A DNA stretch of 64,000 nucleotides from Camelus ferus (Eukaryota), in NCBI RefSeq assembly GCF_009834535.1, contig NC_045697.1:6264001-6328000 (forward strand), written 5' to 3'. Positions 12,561 through 26,092 of the stretch are shown piece by piece. The notes beneath the pieces are model-generated. The model saw only the letters and a list, made by a program, of their open reading frames with translations. It did not search any database and had not been told where the DNA came from. The translations under genes and the position numbers were made by a program. How positions within the stretch are numbered: the first letter of the stretch is position 1; every line of letters starts with the position of its first letter.

Positions 12561-13959
12561 TAAGAAGGTAGAGCAGAAGGCAATATGGAAAGGAATAGGA
12601 AGAAAGGTGAAACCTTGACCACAGGCAGGGTGGGGGGGCTTTTCAGGGATATGGGTGACCTATGATACATACAGGGATCTTAGGGACAATAGGAAAACAT
12701 TTACCAGGAAGAAGGTTTTCTCTTGAAGTCAGACATGGTCAGCTCTACCTTGCTCAGTCATTTGGCTGACATGTGGAGGATGTCCTAGTACTTCATCCCA
12801 GGGTGGGCTTTGTTCTACTCTGGAACGTGTTTCACCGTCTTGCCCAAAGGTGACAGCTGAGTTCACAACCAAATGTGTGGTGTTAACACAAAATCAGCTG
12901 CACTGTACTATTTTCTGTGGAGCATTCATCCAGTCCTTCTTGGGAGAAACCAGTACTTGAGGCTGAAACACAACTCAGTGCAGCAGTGCTGAATGACAAG
13001 ATTCTCTATAGACAGCTTCTGAGTTAGTTAGCAAACAAAGGCCAAACTCCAATGCTCTACAACAGGAACTGTTCATTCTCCTCCTCACAGGTCTGTAGGG
13101 TTGGTGGCAACAGCTCAGTTCATGTGGGTTCCTCTGAGACCCAAATATATATAATGGCCAAGTTCCACTGAGGATTTCCAAGCAGGGAGGTGCTTTGTTG
13201 GGTTTGCCCTGTTATGTCTTCAGCCTACTCTGGGTGTGAGCAGCCCAATTATATGAAACAGTCAGACTTTGAACAAGAAGGAACTTGGTGACTCCATACC
13301 ATAAGAGAGGAGCCATATCCAAAAGAACTTGTTAGTTATGATTCTTTCCTATAAATGACTCTCAGTCCTGCTCACTGTGGTGCTCAGTTTTTGTGATTTG
13401 CCTGGACAGGAAAGCATTCCATCTTTCCCAATTCAATTGCATCAGGACCAGGTGCAGGTACTCTATTTAGAGTGAACAGAGATCCAGTCTGTTCTTGTAT
13501 ATTAAGCCAGGGACAGATGCCTGACTACTTGAAGCAAGTGCCCATGTGCTGCTTACGTGGCTCCCGTCTTCCCAAAGGGAGCATAAGGAAGGGCTGTTGA
13601 AACGAAGCTCTTTCCCACCTACCTCATCTACCACAACTTGCTCCTCTCCTGAGAGGATAACTATGCCTCCTTTCCTGCAGGAATGGTCAGCAGAGCCATT
13701 CCAGCCTGCTTGAGTTTATGTTCATTTCTCTCAGCTTCTCTGGTATTTCTTTTTCTGAAAGGATAAACTAGAGATTGATTGAGGGGACCAACAATTCAAG
13801 GGCCAAGTTACTCCCATGCTCTGTATCTGAAAAGAGGCCATTATAGGTAAGAGCGTGGGCTCTTGAATTGCCGTTTTGTACCACAACTTGTCTAGTCAAG
13901 GATGGGGAAGTGGGATAACAAAGTACAGTCACCTCAGTTACCTGTTTTTGTTCATCTGG

Positions 13960-15660
13960 AAGTATGTTAATTCGTTTTTGAAAGCTAATTACATTGGTTA
14001 AAGAATTCTTGCTTGAGAGTCTTTAACATTTTGGATATACGGGTCTAATGCCTTCTTGTATTCATAGCTTCTGTTGAGAAGTCTGCTGTTAATCTTATTG
14101 AGGCTCTCTCTTATGTGATGAACTGCTTTTCTCTTGATGTTTTTGAAACCTGGTAATATCTTTAAAGAGTTGGACTATGATGTGTTTAACTGTAGATCTC
14201 TGAACTTACTCTATTAAGAGTTCATTGAGCTTCTTGACTCTGTCAAATGTTTGGTCAGTCATTCCTTTATATATTCTTTCTGCCTGTTTCTACCCTCTCC
14301 TTCTAAACTACCATTATATACATGCTGGTATGCGTGATGATAATATTCACAAGTGTCTGAGGTCTAATTTATTTTTTTTTTACCAGACTTTAATCTCAAT
14401 CAGTCTATTTTCAAATTCGACTCATTCTTCCAAGAGCTCACATCCACTATGGAGTCCTTCATAAGAATGTGTTATTGTACTTTTCAGCTCCAGAATCTGA
14501 TTCTTTAAAAAAATTCTATTTATTGATATTCTCCACTTGAGACATTGTTCTCATACTTTTAATACTTTACACATGATTTCCTTCTTTGAAGATATTTAAA
14601 ATAGCTCATTTAAGTTTTTTTTTATGGCAAGTACAAGTCTGGGTTTCCTCAGGACAATGTCTGACTGAATTTTTCCCTGTATGTGGGCATGTTTTGTATG
14701 CCTCACATTTGTTAAATTGGATATTCTAAATGATGGGCAGCTCTGGGGATGATGGGCAACTCTGGGGGATTAAATTTCCTTAACCACAGGGTTTTTTCTG
14801 GCTAATTAGTTTGTGAATTTTCTAATTTCTGCAAGGTCTTAGTTCTTCATGTTTAGCCATTGAACCTTCTGTTTAGTTATCTTCGCTGACTAACCATTAG
14901 GTGCTGTGTATGTGTTGAACACACCTTTAATTATCTGGCAGTTACAACTCTGCCTTAGACTTTACTCTCTACTGTGAGAGCCTCAAGGTCAGAAAACTAA
15001 TTTCTTACTCCTTGCTAAGATCTCTTTATGGTATATGCACAGCCATGCACTTGTATGTGACCTTCTAAAGTCCCAGAAATAAACTGGAGATTTCAAAATC
15101 CCCTATGAATGTCACCTTCCAGCCTTTCCTTTCAAATTTTTGGTTAGTCTTTTATTTGCCCCATCTGGTAATGCTTTCTCAGACATCTGTTAAACAAACT
15201 TTTTTGACAATCAAACAGAGCTGGCTCACTGGAAACAACACTATTCCCTAAGTAAGTTCGACTAAAGAATCTCTGATAACAGGGCTTTGACCTGTCAGGT
15301 ACATCCCAATAAAATAGCTACTAATTTCTGGAACAAGGGATTTTTATGAAGAGCCAAATTCAATTCTGCCCTACAATGGCTGCTCTTTTTTACAGCTGCC
15401 TTTGTTGCAAGGCTGTTGGTTTTCAAGTCTGCTGCAAAGCTGTGGGGGGTGGGTATTGGAATAAGACAAGTTAAAATGTCACAATGCTCACTGTTTTTAC
15501 TAAGTATTGGCCACATTTTTCTTGAATAAACTCTTTGGATTGTTGCATCTGGTTAACTTCCAGAGTACTGGAAAAGTTAACGCTGAGAATTTCTGTGATT
15601 GTACTCACTACTTTTATGTAGGAAGATTTTTGGAGACCCTTACCTTTCTGGTAATGCTTA
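13960..15660 (-). mobile_element. Old L1 fragments, antisense
   Basis: gtctgctgttaatcttattgagg, gactatgatgtgt, ttattgtacttttcagctccagaat and ttctggttaacttccagagt-type motifs of antisense L1M elements. Confidence 0.75.
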
Positions 15661-16099
15661 TTCCAGATGTGTTGACAATACAGGGGGGAGTTCTTCCAAA
15701 ACTACTTTGCTTTGACTTCTGATCAGCAGGCCTTTGTGTGTAGGGGGGCAGGGTGTGATGCACATCATGAGACCCTGCTGGATAGAGCCTGGGCTGATGT
15801 TTTTCTTTCTCCTGACATGCCTGTTCCTTTGTCTCAATAAAGGGTTCTTCTTCATCTTAGAATACTTGGGGTGGTTCAAGGTGATGTTTATCATTATACG
15901 GTTGCCTGGAAGAAGTTTCCATTCTAACTACCTTCATACAATTATCACTGGAATTTGATTACATGAGGAACACTGTCTGTTGTCCTGGGGCATTCAAGTC
16001 TTCCCTCACAGTTCCAACACACTTGGCTTTCTGATCAGAGGAGGCCAATTTCTCAAGGGATAGCATCTTACATTCACATAGAGGAAGCAAAAGGCTGAA

Positions 16100-16560
16100 T
16101 ACAGACAGTTTATTAACTAGGTGTCCTCCATAGTGTTTTTAATGGATGCTTTTGGAAGAAATAGGGTTGTCCCAGATGGACTGAAGGCAGTGTCCAAAAT
16201 AGTCAATGTCAGCACCTTCTCTGAGAAGGCAGGGGACCAGTCCAAGACTCACTGGAGCAGACAGAGTTCTGAAATAATTTCATTCACTATGGTCCCTTGA
16301 TGCTGGGCTCAACTAACTTCAGTGAGGCAAAATTATGAGCCAGAAATGCTTCTCTTGAGAATGTAACCAGTGGATATAGTACATCCTCTTGGACCTCAGT
16401 GATAAGGTCACTGTGTTTCTGAGGTGCTCTGTGCCCTGACTAACCCACAGAGGGAGTCAGATCATTTCAGCCTGGCTAGTTTCCATCTCAAGGGGTTTTG
16501 AGGTTGCACCATGATTTCTGAAGTTGAAATTAGGCTTCTCATTTTAATTCTGAATTTCAT
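16100..16560. repeat. Highly diverged fragment of the array unit core
   Basis: ccagtggat...ggacctcagtgataaggtcactgtgtttctgaggtgctctgtg...agatcatttcagcctgg aligns with 30425-30530 and 39000-39090. Confidence 0.6.
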
Positions 16561-16969
16561 TCTTCCTCAGAGATCAGAGCTCCAAATTGAGCCTTACTCA
16601 TTGGTGGGCTGTCTCAGTGCTGACTTGTTCACAGTTGCTATTAGTGGAGCTCCAGTCAAGATGGGTTGAAATGGGGAATGGGCTTTCTGCCTGAAGCTGA
16701 GTAACCTTTCTGAGATTTTGGTAAAAACCCAAGGGTTGAAAACCAGATTGAAGGAGTTTGCAGTGGGATGCAGATGACAAGTATTTTGCCGTTCTCCATG
16801 CTGTGCCAAATACATGTAGACACAGAGAATGTGGCATGGAACATGCCTAGCCTCTGCCACTCATTCCTTCCTGAAGGTTCTTCTCTCAGGGGAAAGAGGG
16901 ATGGGCTCAGTACCAGTGGAGTAAGGCTATCAAGATTCCATAGCTAAGCTCCCAACATCCATCCCCTTG

Positions 16970-18060
16970 TGTTGCTGTCTTTTGCTCTCCTGCAGAGATT
17001 CTTTAGACTAAGTATCTCATTCAGCCCTGCCTCCATTTCAACTTCCCCATCGTACCTGCCAGAAACAAATGTCTCTAATAATGGGATAATACTTTAGTTG
17101 CCTTGGATTCGAAGGATTGTTTTACTTAAGTCTCATGTGTTTTAAATCTGCCATAAGGTGAATGTGCATTGTTTAACTAATTATATCTTCCTTAGAGATC
17201 CTGAGATTTTGAGATTTTGTTAGTCACGTTGGAAGAAATCTACAACTCATTTTTCCATTGGGGTGAAACACGGCTGCTCATGTATTAAGTTTCTACACCT
17301 GGATGATTAGTTTAATGTCAAGTGGTACCTACCTCACTTTTAGTCCATGAGGAGAATTATAATCTGAGAACTTAATTTTTTCCCATTTATTATTTGAACT
17401 ATATCCTTCTTTGGGGTCTAGAATAGTATTGATTTGAGCATTTTATTATTTTTTTTTTGGTGGGAAGGGTGTAATTCTTACGTTCCTCCAACACTTTCAG
17501 CTCTCATTGCCTAGAGTGATACCTGGTTCTCGTGTACTTTCTTCCCATTTAAAACGCCCGTGCTTGAGTCAGGGAGTTAAGAACAACGTGTTCTTAAACC
17601 CCTTCTCTTGCTTGCAGTCCTTGGCAGAACCTAGTCTGGGAGGATTCCTGCGGTTGGAGTAGATACTCTCCTGATTCTTGAAGTGTACTGTTTCGAAAGT
17701 GATTTTACTTGGACTTTTGCCCACAGGGGTGCATACATATGGATGAAGGAGGGACGGTTTTTGACCCTGAGCATCTGATCTCCTGCTGGACAAGCCTAGG
17801 TCTTCCTTTTTTCCTTATCTGCCTGACAATCCTGTTCCTTTTGTTTCAAAGTTCTGTCTCATCACAGAATATTTGAGATCATCCAGGTCAGGTTTTTCCC
17901 CTTCCCTGGAGGAGTGTTTTGCACCAGTTTACTGCAGGCAAGACCCAGTGGATGTTGATTACATAATATTTATTGTGGGGTTGAGTCATCAGCGTCAACT
18001 CCCATACCTCTGGCTCTGATTCAGGGTGTGTAGTTTTCTTCCATCATTATGGTGAAGGTC
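16970..18060. repeat. Array unit left module (b-e) copy
   Basis: ctctcctgcagaga...tctcattcagcc at 16985 and cccacagggg at ~17720 match the copies at 37250, 42101, 44884, 57195 and 34100. Confidence 0.7.
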
Positions 18061-18079
18061 TGAAGACAGGAACCCATTA

Positions 18080-19620
18080 AGATTTGAGTCTGAGTTCTCT
18101 GCCAATAAGCCAGACTGGTTTTCAGTCTCTCAGTTGTTCTGAGGTGGAGCTACAACCCAGGTTGCCTGGAGGACTTGACACAGGCATGCCGTCTTTATGG
18201 AACTCCAGCTCTGGCATTCCCTACTGTGATAAGTGGGCGGAGGTGATACTGAGTGAAAATCAAGGTAGGAACACATCTTGTAATCTTGCCATAAAGTTAG
18301 AGTTAAACAGCCTGGCACTTTTACCTGTTGGGTCCTTAATGGCAAAATTTTGAAAGAATTTTCAAGTTCTGCATAATGATCATCTTTATCAGGCTGTTGA
18401 TGCATTTTTAATAACATGCCAGTCAATACAATTAGGAAATAAAATAGAAATTTGTTGATCACTAGCCAACTTTTGAACATCAGCTTGTCTCCATGTGCTT
18501 ACTGTAGAAAAATCACCAGTAGGATCTTTCCAATCAACAGCTTCCATCCATTCTTTAATATATCTTATTGTGTACGAGGTTCTGTCTAATGATACAAATC
18601 TGAGTAGCCAGGCTGATGTTTCAGTGAGGAGGACAAATTGGCAAACTCAAAGGAGTCTTCTTTCACATTGGGAAAGTCCTTAGCATGTAATTCTGCCTTG
18701 GTCCAGGGGCTGTATGTGAGTGGTTTGGTGCCATCCTCACTGGACATGGCTGTAAAATCGGCTGTCATTATAGGAGGGCAGTATGGCTGGCCTTCTGCGG
18801 GGGGTCAGTCTTGGTGTTGTAAAAAGTTCAGAGTGATGGATAGCATGGAGGAGAGCCTTGTGGACACTGAGAGGAAACAGGAAGGGGTGGAGGAAGCCAG
18901 GGAGAGAGAGCTCTCAGAAACCTCAGAATTGTTCCAATTTGGAAATCCTTTAAGATCATTGCGAGTTAGTTTCTCTAAGGGATACAATAGTGGATTCCCC
19001 ATTATGTGTTCAGAGGCCTCAAAATACCAATTGAAATACTCTTCAAATCCTCATTGTCCTAAATCTTTTTTCCAACTGAATGTGCAAATAAACTCACTTA
19101 AAAATCTTAAATAAGCTGCAAGAGGGCCCACAGTTTCAAACTGCCATGGGTGCTTTTAGTCCAATGCAACAAATTTACAAGAGGAGGGCCCATAGGTTTT
19201 GAACCTAAGATGAGTGAGAGTCCTGCACAGCCACTGCCCCTCGGCAGTGCCCTTAGAAACCAAACTCCCCATGAGGGAGTGCTCACCCTTTACCTTTAAA
19301 GGATTCCCTTTCCAGATAAAGGATTCCCTTTCCAGATAAAGCCCATGGCAGGGCAAATCCAAATAAAGGCTTTAGAACCTTGCCCAAAATCAGAGGTTCA
19401 GAACCGAGAGAACTTACCCTCATGACCCAAGTCACCATGGAAATGATGGAGTGCAAGGGACTCTGACATGGGACTTACTCCTATCTGGGGCAGGGCTGGA
19501 GGTAGACGTGAGTCCCTTTGACTTCTGTTTCTGACATACATAATGTAGTCTAACAATGCTTAGATTCAAGGCTGCAAAGAACAAAGTTTGATTTGGAGCC
19601 TTAGGAACTACAATTTGGGC
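18080..19620 (-). mobile_element. gag: ERV1 (gamma-like) leader + gag relic
   Basis: Minus translation KTYGPSSCKF (MA-like), LEKLTRNDLK, TYSPWTKAELHAKDFPNVKEDSFEF...QPGYSDLYH (capsid N-terminus) and QQPDKDDHYAELENSF (MHR-like); disrupted. Confidence 0.8.
19297..19341 (+). repeat. 20-bp tandem repeat x2.25
   Basis: (taaaggattccctttccaga)2 taaag, perfect. Confidence 0.9.
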
Positions 19621-22137
19621 TACTCATATACCATATGATCGCACTTAAATGTGAAATCTTAAAAAAAAAAAAACTCATAGAGGACACATGGGTGTTCTGC
19701 AAGAGGCAGGCGACATGGTGTAAGCAAAATGGCTGATGGTACAAAGTTGCAGTTACAGACTATGAGATGCAAGGCTGTAATGTCCAGCGTGACAACTACA
19801 CTTCACAGTGTGTTGCATATTTGAAAGTTGCAAAGAGTAATCCTTAAAGTTCTCATCAAAAGAAATTATGTAACTACAAATAGTGACAGGTGTTAACTAG
19901 ACTTACTGTGATCATTACACAGTATGTGAATATTGAATCATCAAGCTGTACTTCTGAAATATAATATTGTGTATTAATTATACCAAATATTTAGAAGGAA
20001 AGGAAGGAAAATTTTGACCACAGGGTGGAGCCCTTCAAGGATAGGGGTGACCCATCATATGTACAGGAATCTTTTGGGGACAAGAAGGACACGTTTACCA
20101 GAAGGAGGGTTTTCTCTTGAAGTCAGATATGGTCAACCCCGCCTTTCTCAGTCATTTGGCTGACACTTGGAGGGCAGCCTGGTTACTGTGCCCCAAGGTG
20201 GTCTTCTATTCTGGAATGTCTTTCACTCTCTAGTCTTGCCCAAAGGTAAAAGCCAAGTTCACAACCAAATGTTAAGTTGTGTCGTGTTAGCATAAAATTG
20301 GCTGCACTGCACTATTTACTATGGAAATTTTATTACCTCATGCTGAGAGTTTTATCTCCTCCTCCTGTCTGTCATGGGATGGCGAATGCGGTCATAATCT
20401 TCTAGTGGAACCTCAAAAGTTGAGGGTGTGTCTAAAGGTATTTCTCAACCTACCACCTCTGCAGTTTGTCTGTGCTGGGGGGTCAGGAGAGCTGTTTGTC
20501 TCCTGTGCCTTTGTATTCCAGGACCATGTTGATGACTTCATCCTGGCTGTAGAGTCCCTGAGGAGGGTCGAGTTAGATTACTCACTTGTATTCAAGTGTA
20601 ATCCTTTGTTTCTACAAAATGACACATTTTTCAGCAAGTCTATTGCGTTTTTTTCTCTCCTAGAAAGCAAGCAAGCTAAAATGCCTAATGGAAATGGTCA
20701 CTTATCCAATAGTAGATCCTCAGAGTAGTATTTTCAAGTGAAAGGCTCCTACTTTGAGGGCAAAACTTACCAGCCTAGGTATCTGCTTGGGAAATCCCAC
20801 CAGTCCTCTAAGTAACTAAAAACAACAAAAACATGTTTATGTGAAAAGCAAAACTTGATATTCAGCATTATATGGCAAAAAATCCTCATTTATTCCCAGA
20901 ATCAATACTTTAAGTTGATGTACAAAATGAAGAACTAAAATGGTGGTATTTATCAGAAGAACCTTATTTCTGTATGAAATGAGTCTGTTTAGCTGCTAAT
21001 TTCATCCCAGAGGCATGGGTGAGAGAATGCTGTAGGCTCCCACCCGGTTTCTAGAGCATGTGAGGCGTTTGGCAGTGAAGTCTAGAGAGCTCATGTGCCA
21101 GGCTGTCTTGCCCGGCAGTTGGCTGTATTGGGTGCCCGCCTAACTTGAAACCAGCATTTGAGGATGAGCCACAAGTCAGCGCAGCAGTGCTGAATGACTC
21201 AGAAGCTCTCTGTGAGAGAATCTTGTCAGTTAGCAAACAAGGCCCAAACCGCAGAGGTTCTACCAGTAAGAACTGTTTATTCTTGTCCTCATAGGTCTGT
21301 GGGTTGGTGGGAGCAGTTCTGTTTGTGTGGGCTCCTCTGAGACCCAAATATGTTTAATGGCCAAATTCCACCGAGGATTTCCAAACAGGGAGGTGCTCTG
21401 TTGGGTTTGCCCCGTTGTCTTCTGCCTGCTCTGTGAGTGTGAGCAGCCCAATTACATGAAGCAGTCAGACGTCGAGTAAGGAGGAACTTGATGACCTTAT
21501 GCCACAAAGAGAGGAGCCACATCCAAAAGAACTTGTTACTTACAAGTCTTTTCTAGAAATGACCCTCAGTCCTGCTCACTGTGGTGCTCAGTTTTTACAG
21601 TTTGTCCGGACAGGAAAGCATTCTGTCTTTTCCACTTCAATTGCATCAGGACCAGGTACTCAGAGTGAACTGAAATCCAGTCTCTTGTGTATTGACTCAG
21701 ATGTCTGACTACTTGAAGCAAGTGCCCATGTGCTTCTTAAGTGGCTCCCTCTTCCCAAAGGGAGCATAAGGAAGGGCTGTTGAAACGAAACACTGTTCCC
21801 ACCTACCTCATCCACCACAACTTGCTCCTCTCCTGAGAGGATAACTATGCCTCCTTTCCTTCAGGAATGGTCAGCAGACCCATTCCAGCCTGCTTGAGTT
21901 CGTGTTTATTCCTCTCAGTTTCTCTGGCATACATTTCTGTGAAGAAATAAACTAGAGATTGACTGAGGGGACCATCAAATCAAGGGCCAAGTTATCTCAT
22001 TCTCTGTCTGAAAAGAGGCCATTGTGAGTAGAATGTGGGCTTTTGAATTGCCCTGTTTTGTGCCAAAACTTGTCTAGTCAAGGATGGGAAAGTGGGACAA
22101 GATGGGACTGTCACCTCAGGTTTTCTTCATCTGAGAG

Positions 22138-22707
22138 TGTTACCAGGAAAAGTGAAATAAGAATTACCTCAGTTCTTAGTCCCCTAAAAAGAAAGAATTT
22201 TTAAGGAGAGACAGAAAGAGTGATATAGTACACTCCCAAGAATTGGGAGCGGGCCAGTCCAAGAGGAAATATGGTGCCACTCTTTTGTTTTTCCATCTTA
22301 TATCTTGGCTTAGGGGTACTTTTGTGATTGATTGATTGATTAATGACTCAGGTTCTTTGAGTGATCAAGTTGATTGACAGCTCAGGTTCCTTGTGCTCTG
22401 GCATGCCCATCCCCTTTTGGGCAGGTTTTTACCCATGAAGCACATAGAGAAACCAATGGGAGGGGGCTCAGACTGTAATGTTAATTACATTATAATGGGC
22501 ATTGGGTCAAGTTACGCTGGGGCCTTCTCTTATACGCAGCTGCAGCGTTTTGATTTTAACTGGCTTCTTTTGCTGGCCCTCATTTAGAGAAAGTAAAAAT
22601 TTCCGGAGTCCCTTATCCTGAATGCAGACATACTGTTACTTTCTGGGTTGTTCCTTTCCCCTTCCTCTCCTCCTGCCCAGTGCTCATTTCTATCTAACTG
22701 CCTAGCA
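22138..22707 (-). mobile_element. ERV solo LTR inserted only in copy B
   Basis: 570 bp with TG...CA ends (tgttaccagg...ctgcctagca). Paralog A is empty at this site (ttcatctggaagtatgttaattc). TSD is not clean. Confidence 0.8.
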
Positions 22708-22709
22708 GA

Positions 22710-24015
22710 ATTATGTTAATTCATTTTTTAAGGCTAATTTCATTGGGTAAAGAATTCTTGGTTGAAAGTCTTTTTCCTTCAACATTTTCAATTTGTGGTC
22801 CTAATGCCTTCTGGTCTCCATGGCATCTGATGAGAAATCAGCTGTTAATCTTATTGAGGCTCCCTTGTATGTGATGAATGGCTTTTCTTTTCCTTCAAGG
22901 TTCTTTCAACAGTTGGACTATGTGTCTAGTTGTGAGTTTATCCTACTTTGGATGGAGTTCACTGAGCTTCCTGGATGTGTCAGATGTTTGTAACCAATCT
23001 GGGAGGTTACAGCCATTTCTTCAAATATTCTTTCTGCCCTTTTCTCTATCCTCTCCTGGTACCACCGTTATGGACATGCTGGTCTGCTTGATGCTAGCAT
23101 CTACAGGTGTCTGAGGCTCTGTTACTTTCTTGCTGTTCTCACTGTAACCTCAACTAACTTACCCCCAAGTTAGATATGAGCTGGTGGAAGAGTGAATCAG
23201 CAACTGAGCTTTTCAAGCGAATTTGTTTCTGTATCTTGCAACTCACGTTTCCATTTCATTCTTTAAAAATTCTATTGATGTTTTCTTCTTGATGAGACAT
23301 TGTTCTCATACTTTACACATGCTTTCCTTTACTTTTTGAATGTATTTAAGATAATAACTGATGGAAGTTATTTTTTTAGTAGTAAGTACAACATCTAGAT
23401 TTCCTCAGGGACAGTGTCTACTGACTGAATTCCTCTGTGTGTGGGGGCTTTATTTTTTTGCTACGCCTCAACTTGTAGTTAAGTTGGACACTTACAATGG
23501 GCAGCTTTGGAAATCACAGGCAACTCTATGGATTAGGTTGCTCCAATCCAGGGTTTGTTGTCGCTGTTTGCTTAGTGACCTTCGGAGAATTCTGCCAGGT
23601 CTTAATTCTTCATGTTCAGCCACTGAAGTCTCTGCTCAGTTATCTTAATGACCCAATGAGAGGGCTGTTTCCTTAAATGTTTTGGACCAATAAGACTTCC
23701 AGTTGTGGATGAGGTGCTCTGTGTGTGCTGGGGCACACCTTTAATTATCTGGCAGTTTTAACTCTTCCTTAGCCTTTATTCTCCACTGTGAGAGACTCAA
23801 GGTCAGCAAGAAATAAGAAATTAGGCTTTCTCAGGTCTTTTTATGGTGTGTGCATAGCCATGCACCTGTGTGTGGCCTTCTAAAGTCCCAGAAATATGCT
23901 TGGAGCTTTTTTAGGTCTCCTGTGAACATCTCTTTCCAGTCTTTTCAAGGTTTTTAAATCAATATCTTGTTTTCCCTATCTGGCAATGCTGCCTCAGAGA
24001 TCAGTGTTAAACAAC
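22710..24015 (-). mobile_element. Old antisense L1 fragments (duplicate of 13960-15200)
   Basis: gctgttaatcttattgaggctc and other shared L1 motifs, collinear with copy A. Confidence 0.75.
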
Positions 24016-24639
24016 TGAGATGCAGGCAACATGCATGTTGGTATCCTCGAGGCTGTGCCCAAAACAAGTAGGCACAGAAATCGTGGCATGGAACATGCCT
24101 AGCCTCTACCACTCGTTCATCCAGAAGAATGTCAAACCTCCTAGTTTCTCCTTTCAGGAGAAAGAGGGATGGTCTCAGTACCTGTGGAGTAAGCCTATCA
24201 TGATTCCATAGCTGAACTCCCAACATTCATCCTCCTGTGATGCCCTGGGAGAACCCAGCTCCAGAGCATGAGCCACTATGCAGGGAAGAACTGCGGGATG
24301 ACCAGACGCTGTGAAGGAAGGTTCCTGAGTCCTGCTTCATCTGGTGAGAGAGCAGGCAGCAATTCAAGGTGAGAGGCATAAATCTGCCCCATCATCATCT
24401 AAGAATGTCCTCTAAGCACTTTTTTGGCTTGGACGTTAATCACTTCCAGACAGTTCTTTGGAGGCCCCAATGGTCAGCACTCTCTTAAAATGAGCAAGTG
24501 TCTCCTTTCAGTGGGGTTGAGTTATTATGGCTCCCATAGCAGGCTACGTAGAAGTGTGTCAGTTCTGTGAATCTTAAATATGCCCTCGTTCGCTAACCCA
24601 TAGCAATACATGCTAGAATCTCGTAAGGGGCAGGTGAAT

Positions 24640-26090
24640 CCTTGGAGCCACATGGCTGATGGAATATTTGATGGAATCCTGACATAGTCACTGCCCAGCT
24701 CCCAGTGAGCAGCTCTGCAGTGAGAGGCACTTTATACAAAGGTTCACTCTAATATCTTCATCAGGTTGCTACAGACGGGCAGGGTCACTGCATAGCCTGG
24801 ACCTGGCAAACTCCTCGGCTGCCTAGTTCCGGAGGCCGGACTGCGAAGTCTGCTTCTCACGCCCGCACTGCCACCCTGCACCCAGCCCACCCTCTGCCCC
24901 TAACTCCCTCTTGCCTGGGGGAGTGGCTGTATATGGGCTGCACCTGGAACCAAACCCTTCTGGGTTAGATGAGGAACAGCTGCCTTGTCAGTTTTAGCTG
25001 GGCTGTGTGTGACCCCAGTGTTCCTGTGACTCCTGGATGGAGGAGGAGGTCACACAGTCCCCCAGTCACAGATCACCTCTTGAAGAGCAGAGGTCATTCC
25101 CTCGAGGCGAACGGCAGTTTCTCAGAACGGTCACTGGTAAGTGCTGCATCTTGGGAGCTCACCCGGGGAGGGGAAGTTCTGAATACAGGAAGCGCAGAGT
25201 GGAGACTCTGACTTCCCTTGATGCCTTTGGTACTAACTGAAACATGTCACAGAAAGTCTGGGAACAGACCAGCACCTTCTCCAGGCAGGAGGGGCTCAGG
25301 GTTCCGAGGAGCAGGGTTCTGAGTCCGTCCCATCACCTGGGTGTTAGTATCCTGGGCTGCCAGGCCAGTGGGGCAAAGGGTGAGAAGGGGCTACCTTCTG
25401 TGATGTGCAAACAGCAGCTGAGCTTGCTTTCCCAGGATTCCCCTTTCAGGTTGTGCTTTCAGTTGTCCTGGGTGAGGTGGTTAGAGGGCCTGGACCGTGG
25501 CTACTGTAGGAGAGGACAGCGGAGACTCAGGGCTGTTTGTCAGAGCCTGGTAGGAATCATACCACCTCTTCTGGATGCTCTGCTGAATACAGCTCCTGGT
25601 CCTTTCTGAAATGCAAGGCCTCTCATGGCGTCTTGGCCTCTTTGGGGGAGAAGTTGAGAAGGAGACCAGAAGTCTGAGACAATCCACTTAGTTGCCAGGG
25701 GAGAGGGGGCCCTTTAGAGAAACCTGTCTTTTTCTATTTTTTGGAATAATTTGTACGTGAGTGATGCATTTCTGGCTGAACTGGTAGTAGAATCCTATAA
25801 GGAGGCTAACTGGGCCCAGAAAATTCTTTTGGGGAAGGTTTTTAATGCTATATTTAGTTCCTTTCATAGAAATACACTTATGTATTTGAAGTTTATTGAA
25901 CAGTCTGAATAATACCCTCATCTGTAGGTTGGGATGGCATGATATGTTACTATTTTTATTGCCTTTATTTCCTTGATCAGTGCTGCCAAGGAAAGAATAT
26001 TTATGAGGCATATTATTTGAAGAAAAGCCTCAGTGAGTTAATAATAGATTCCTTTTGAATGGAGAACCTGAAATAAGAATTTTGGACAAG
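24640..26090. repeat. Array module r, copy 1 (paralogs 46800-48350; end also at 61190-61385)
   Basis: cctgacatagtc(a/g)ctgcccagctccca, tcactggta(a/g)gtgctgcatctt, accagcaccttctcc and ttgatcag(t/g)gc(t/a)gcca are shared. Confidence 0.85.
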
Positions 26091-26092
26091 CA

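Larger units (their letters stand above)
12180..16970. repeat. Local duplication, copy A (paralog 19620-24240)
   Basis: Collinear matches: L1 end, 12610-12920/20010-20325, 12975-13950/21175-22135, 13960-15200/22710-24015, 16800-16965/24050-24235. Confidence 0.9.
19620..24240. repeat. Local duplication, copy B (begins with the duplicated L1 3' end, 19620-19990)
   Basis: See copy A; the same L1/flank junction (atttaagaagg vs atttagaagg...ttgaccacagg) occurs in both copies. Confidence 0.9.

Noticed and set aside
25109..25130. A-MYB site (gaacggcagttt)
   Set aside because: Does not fit YAACNG on either strand and is absent in the paralog; too weak.
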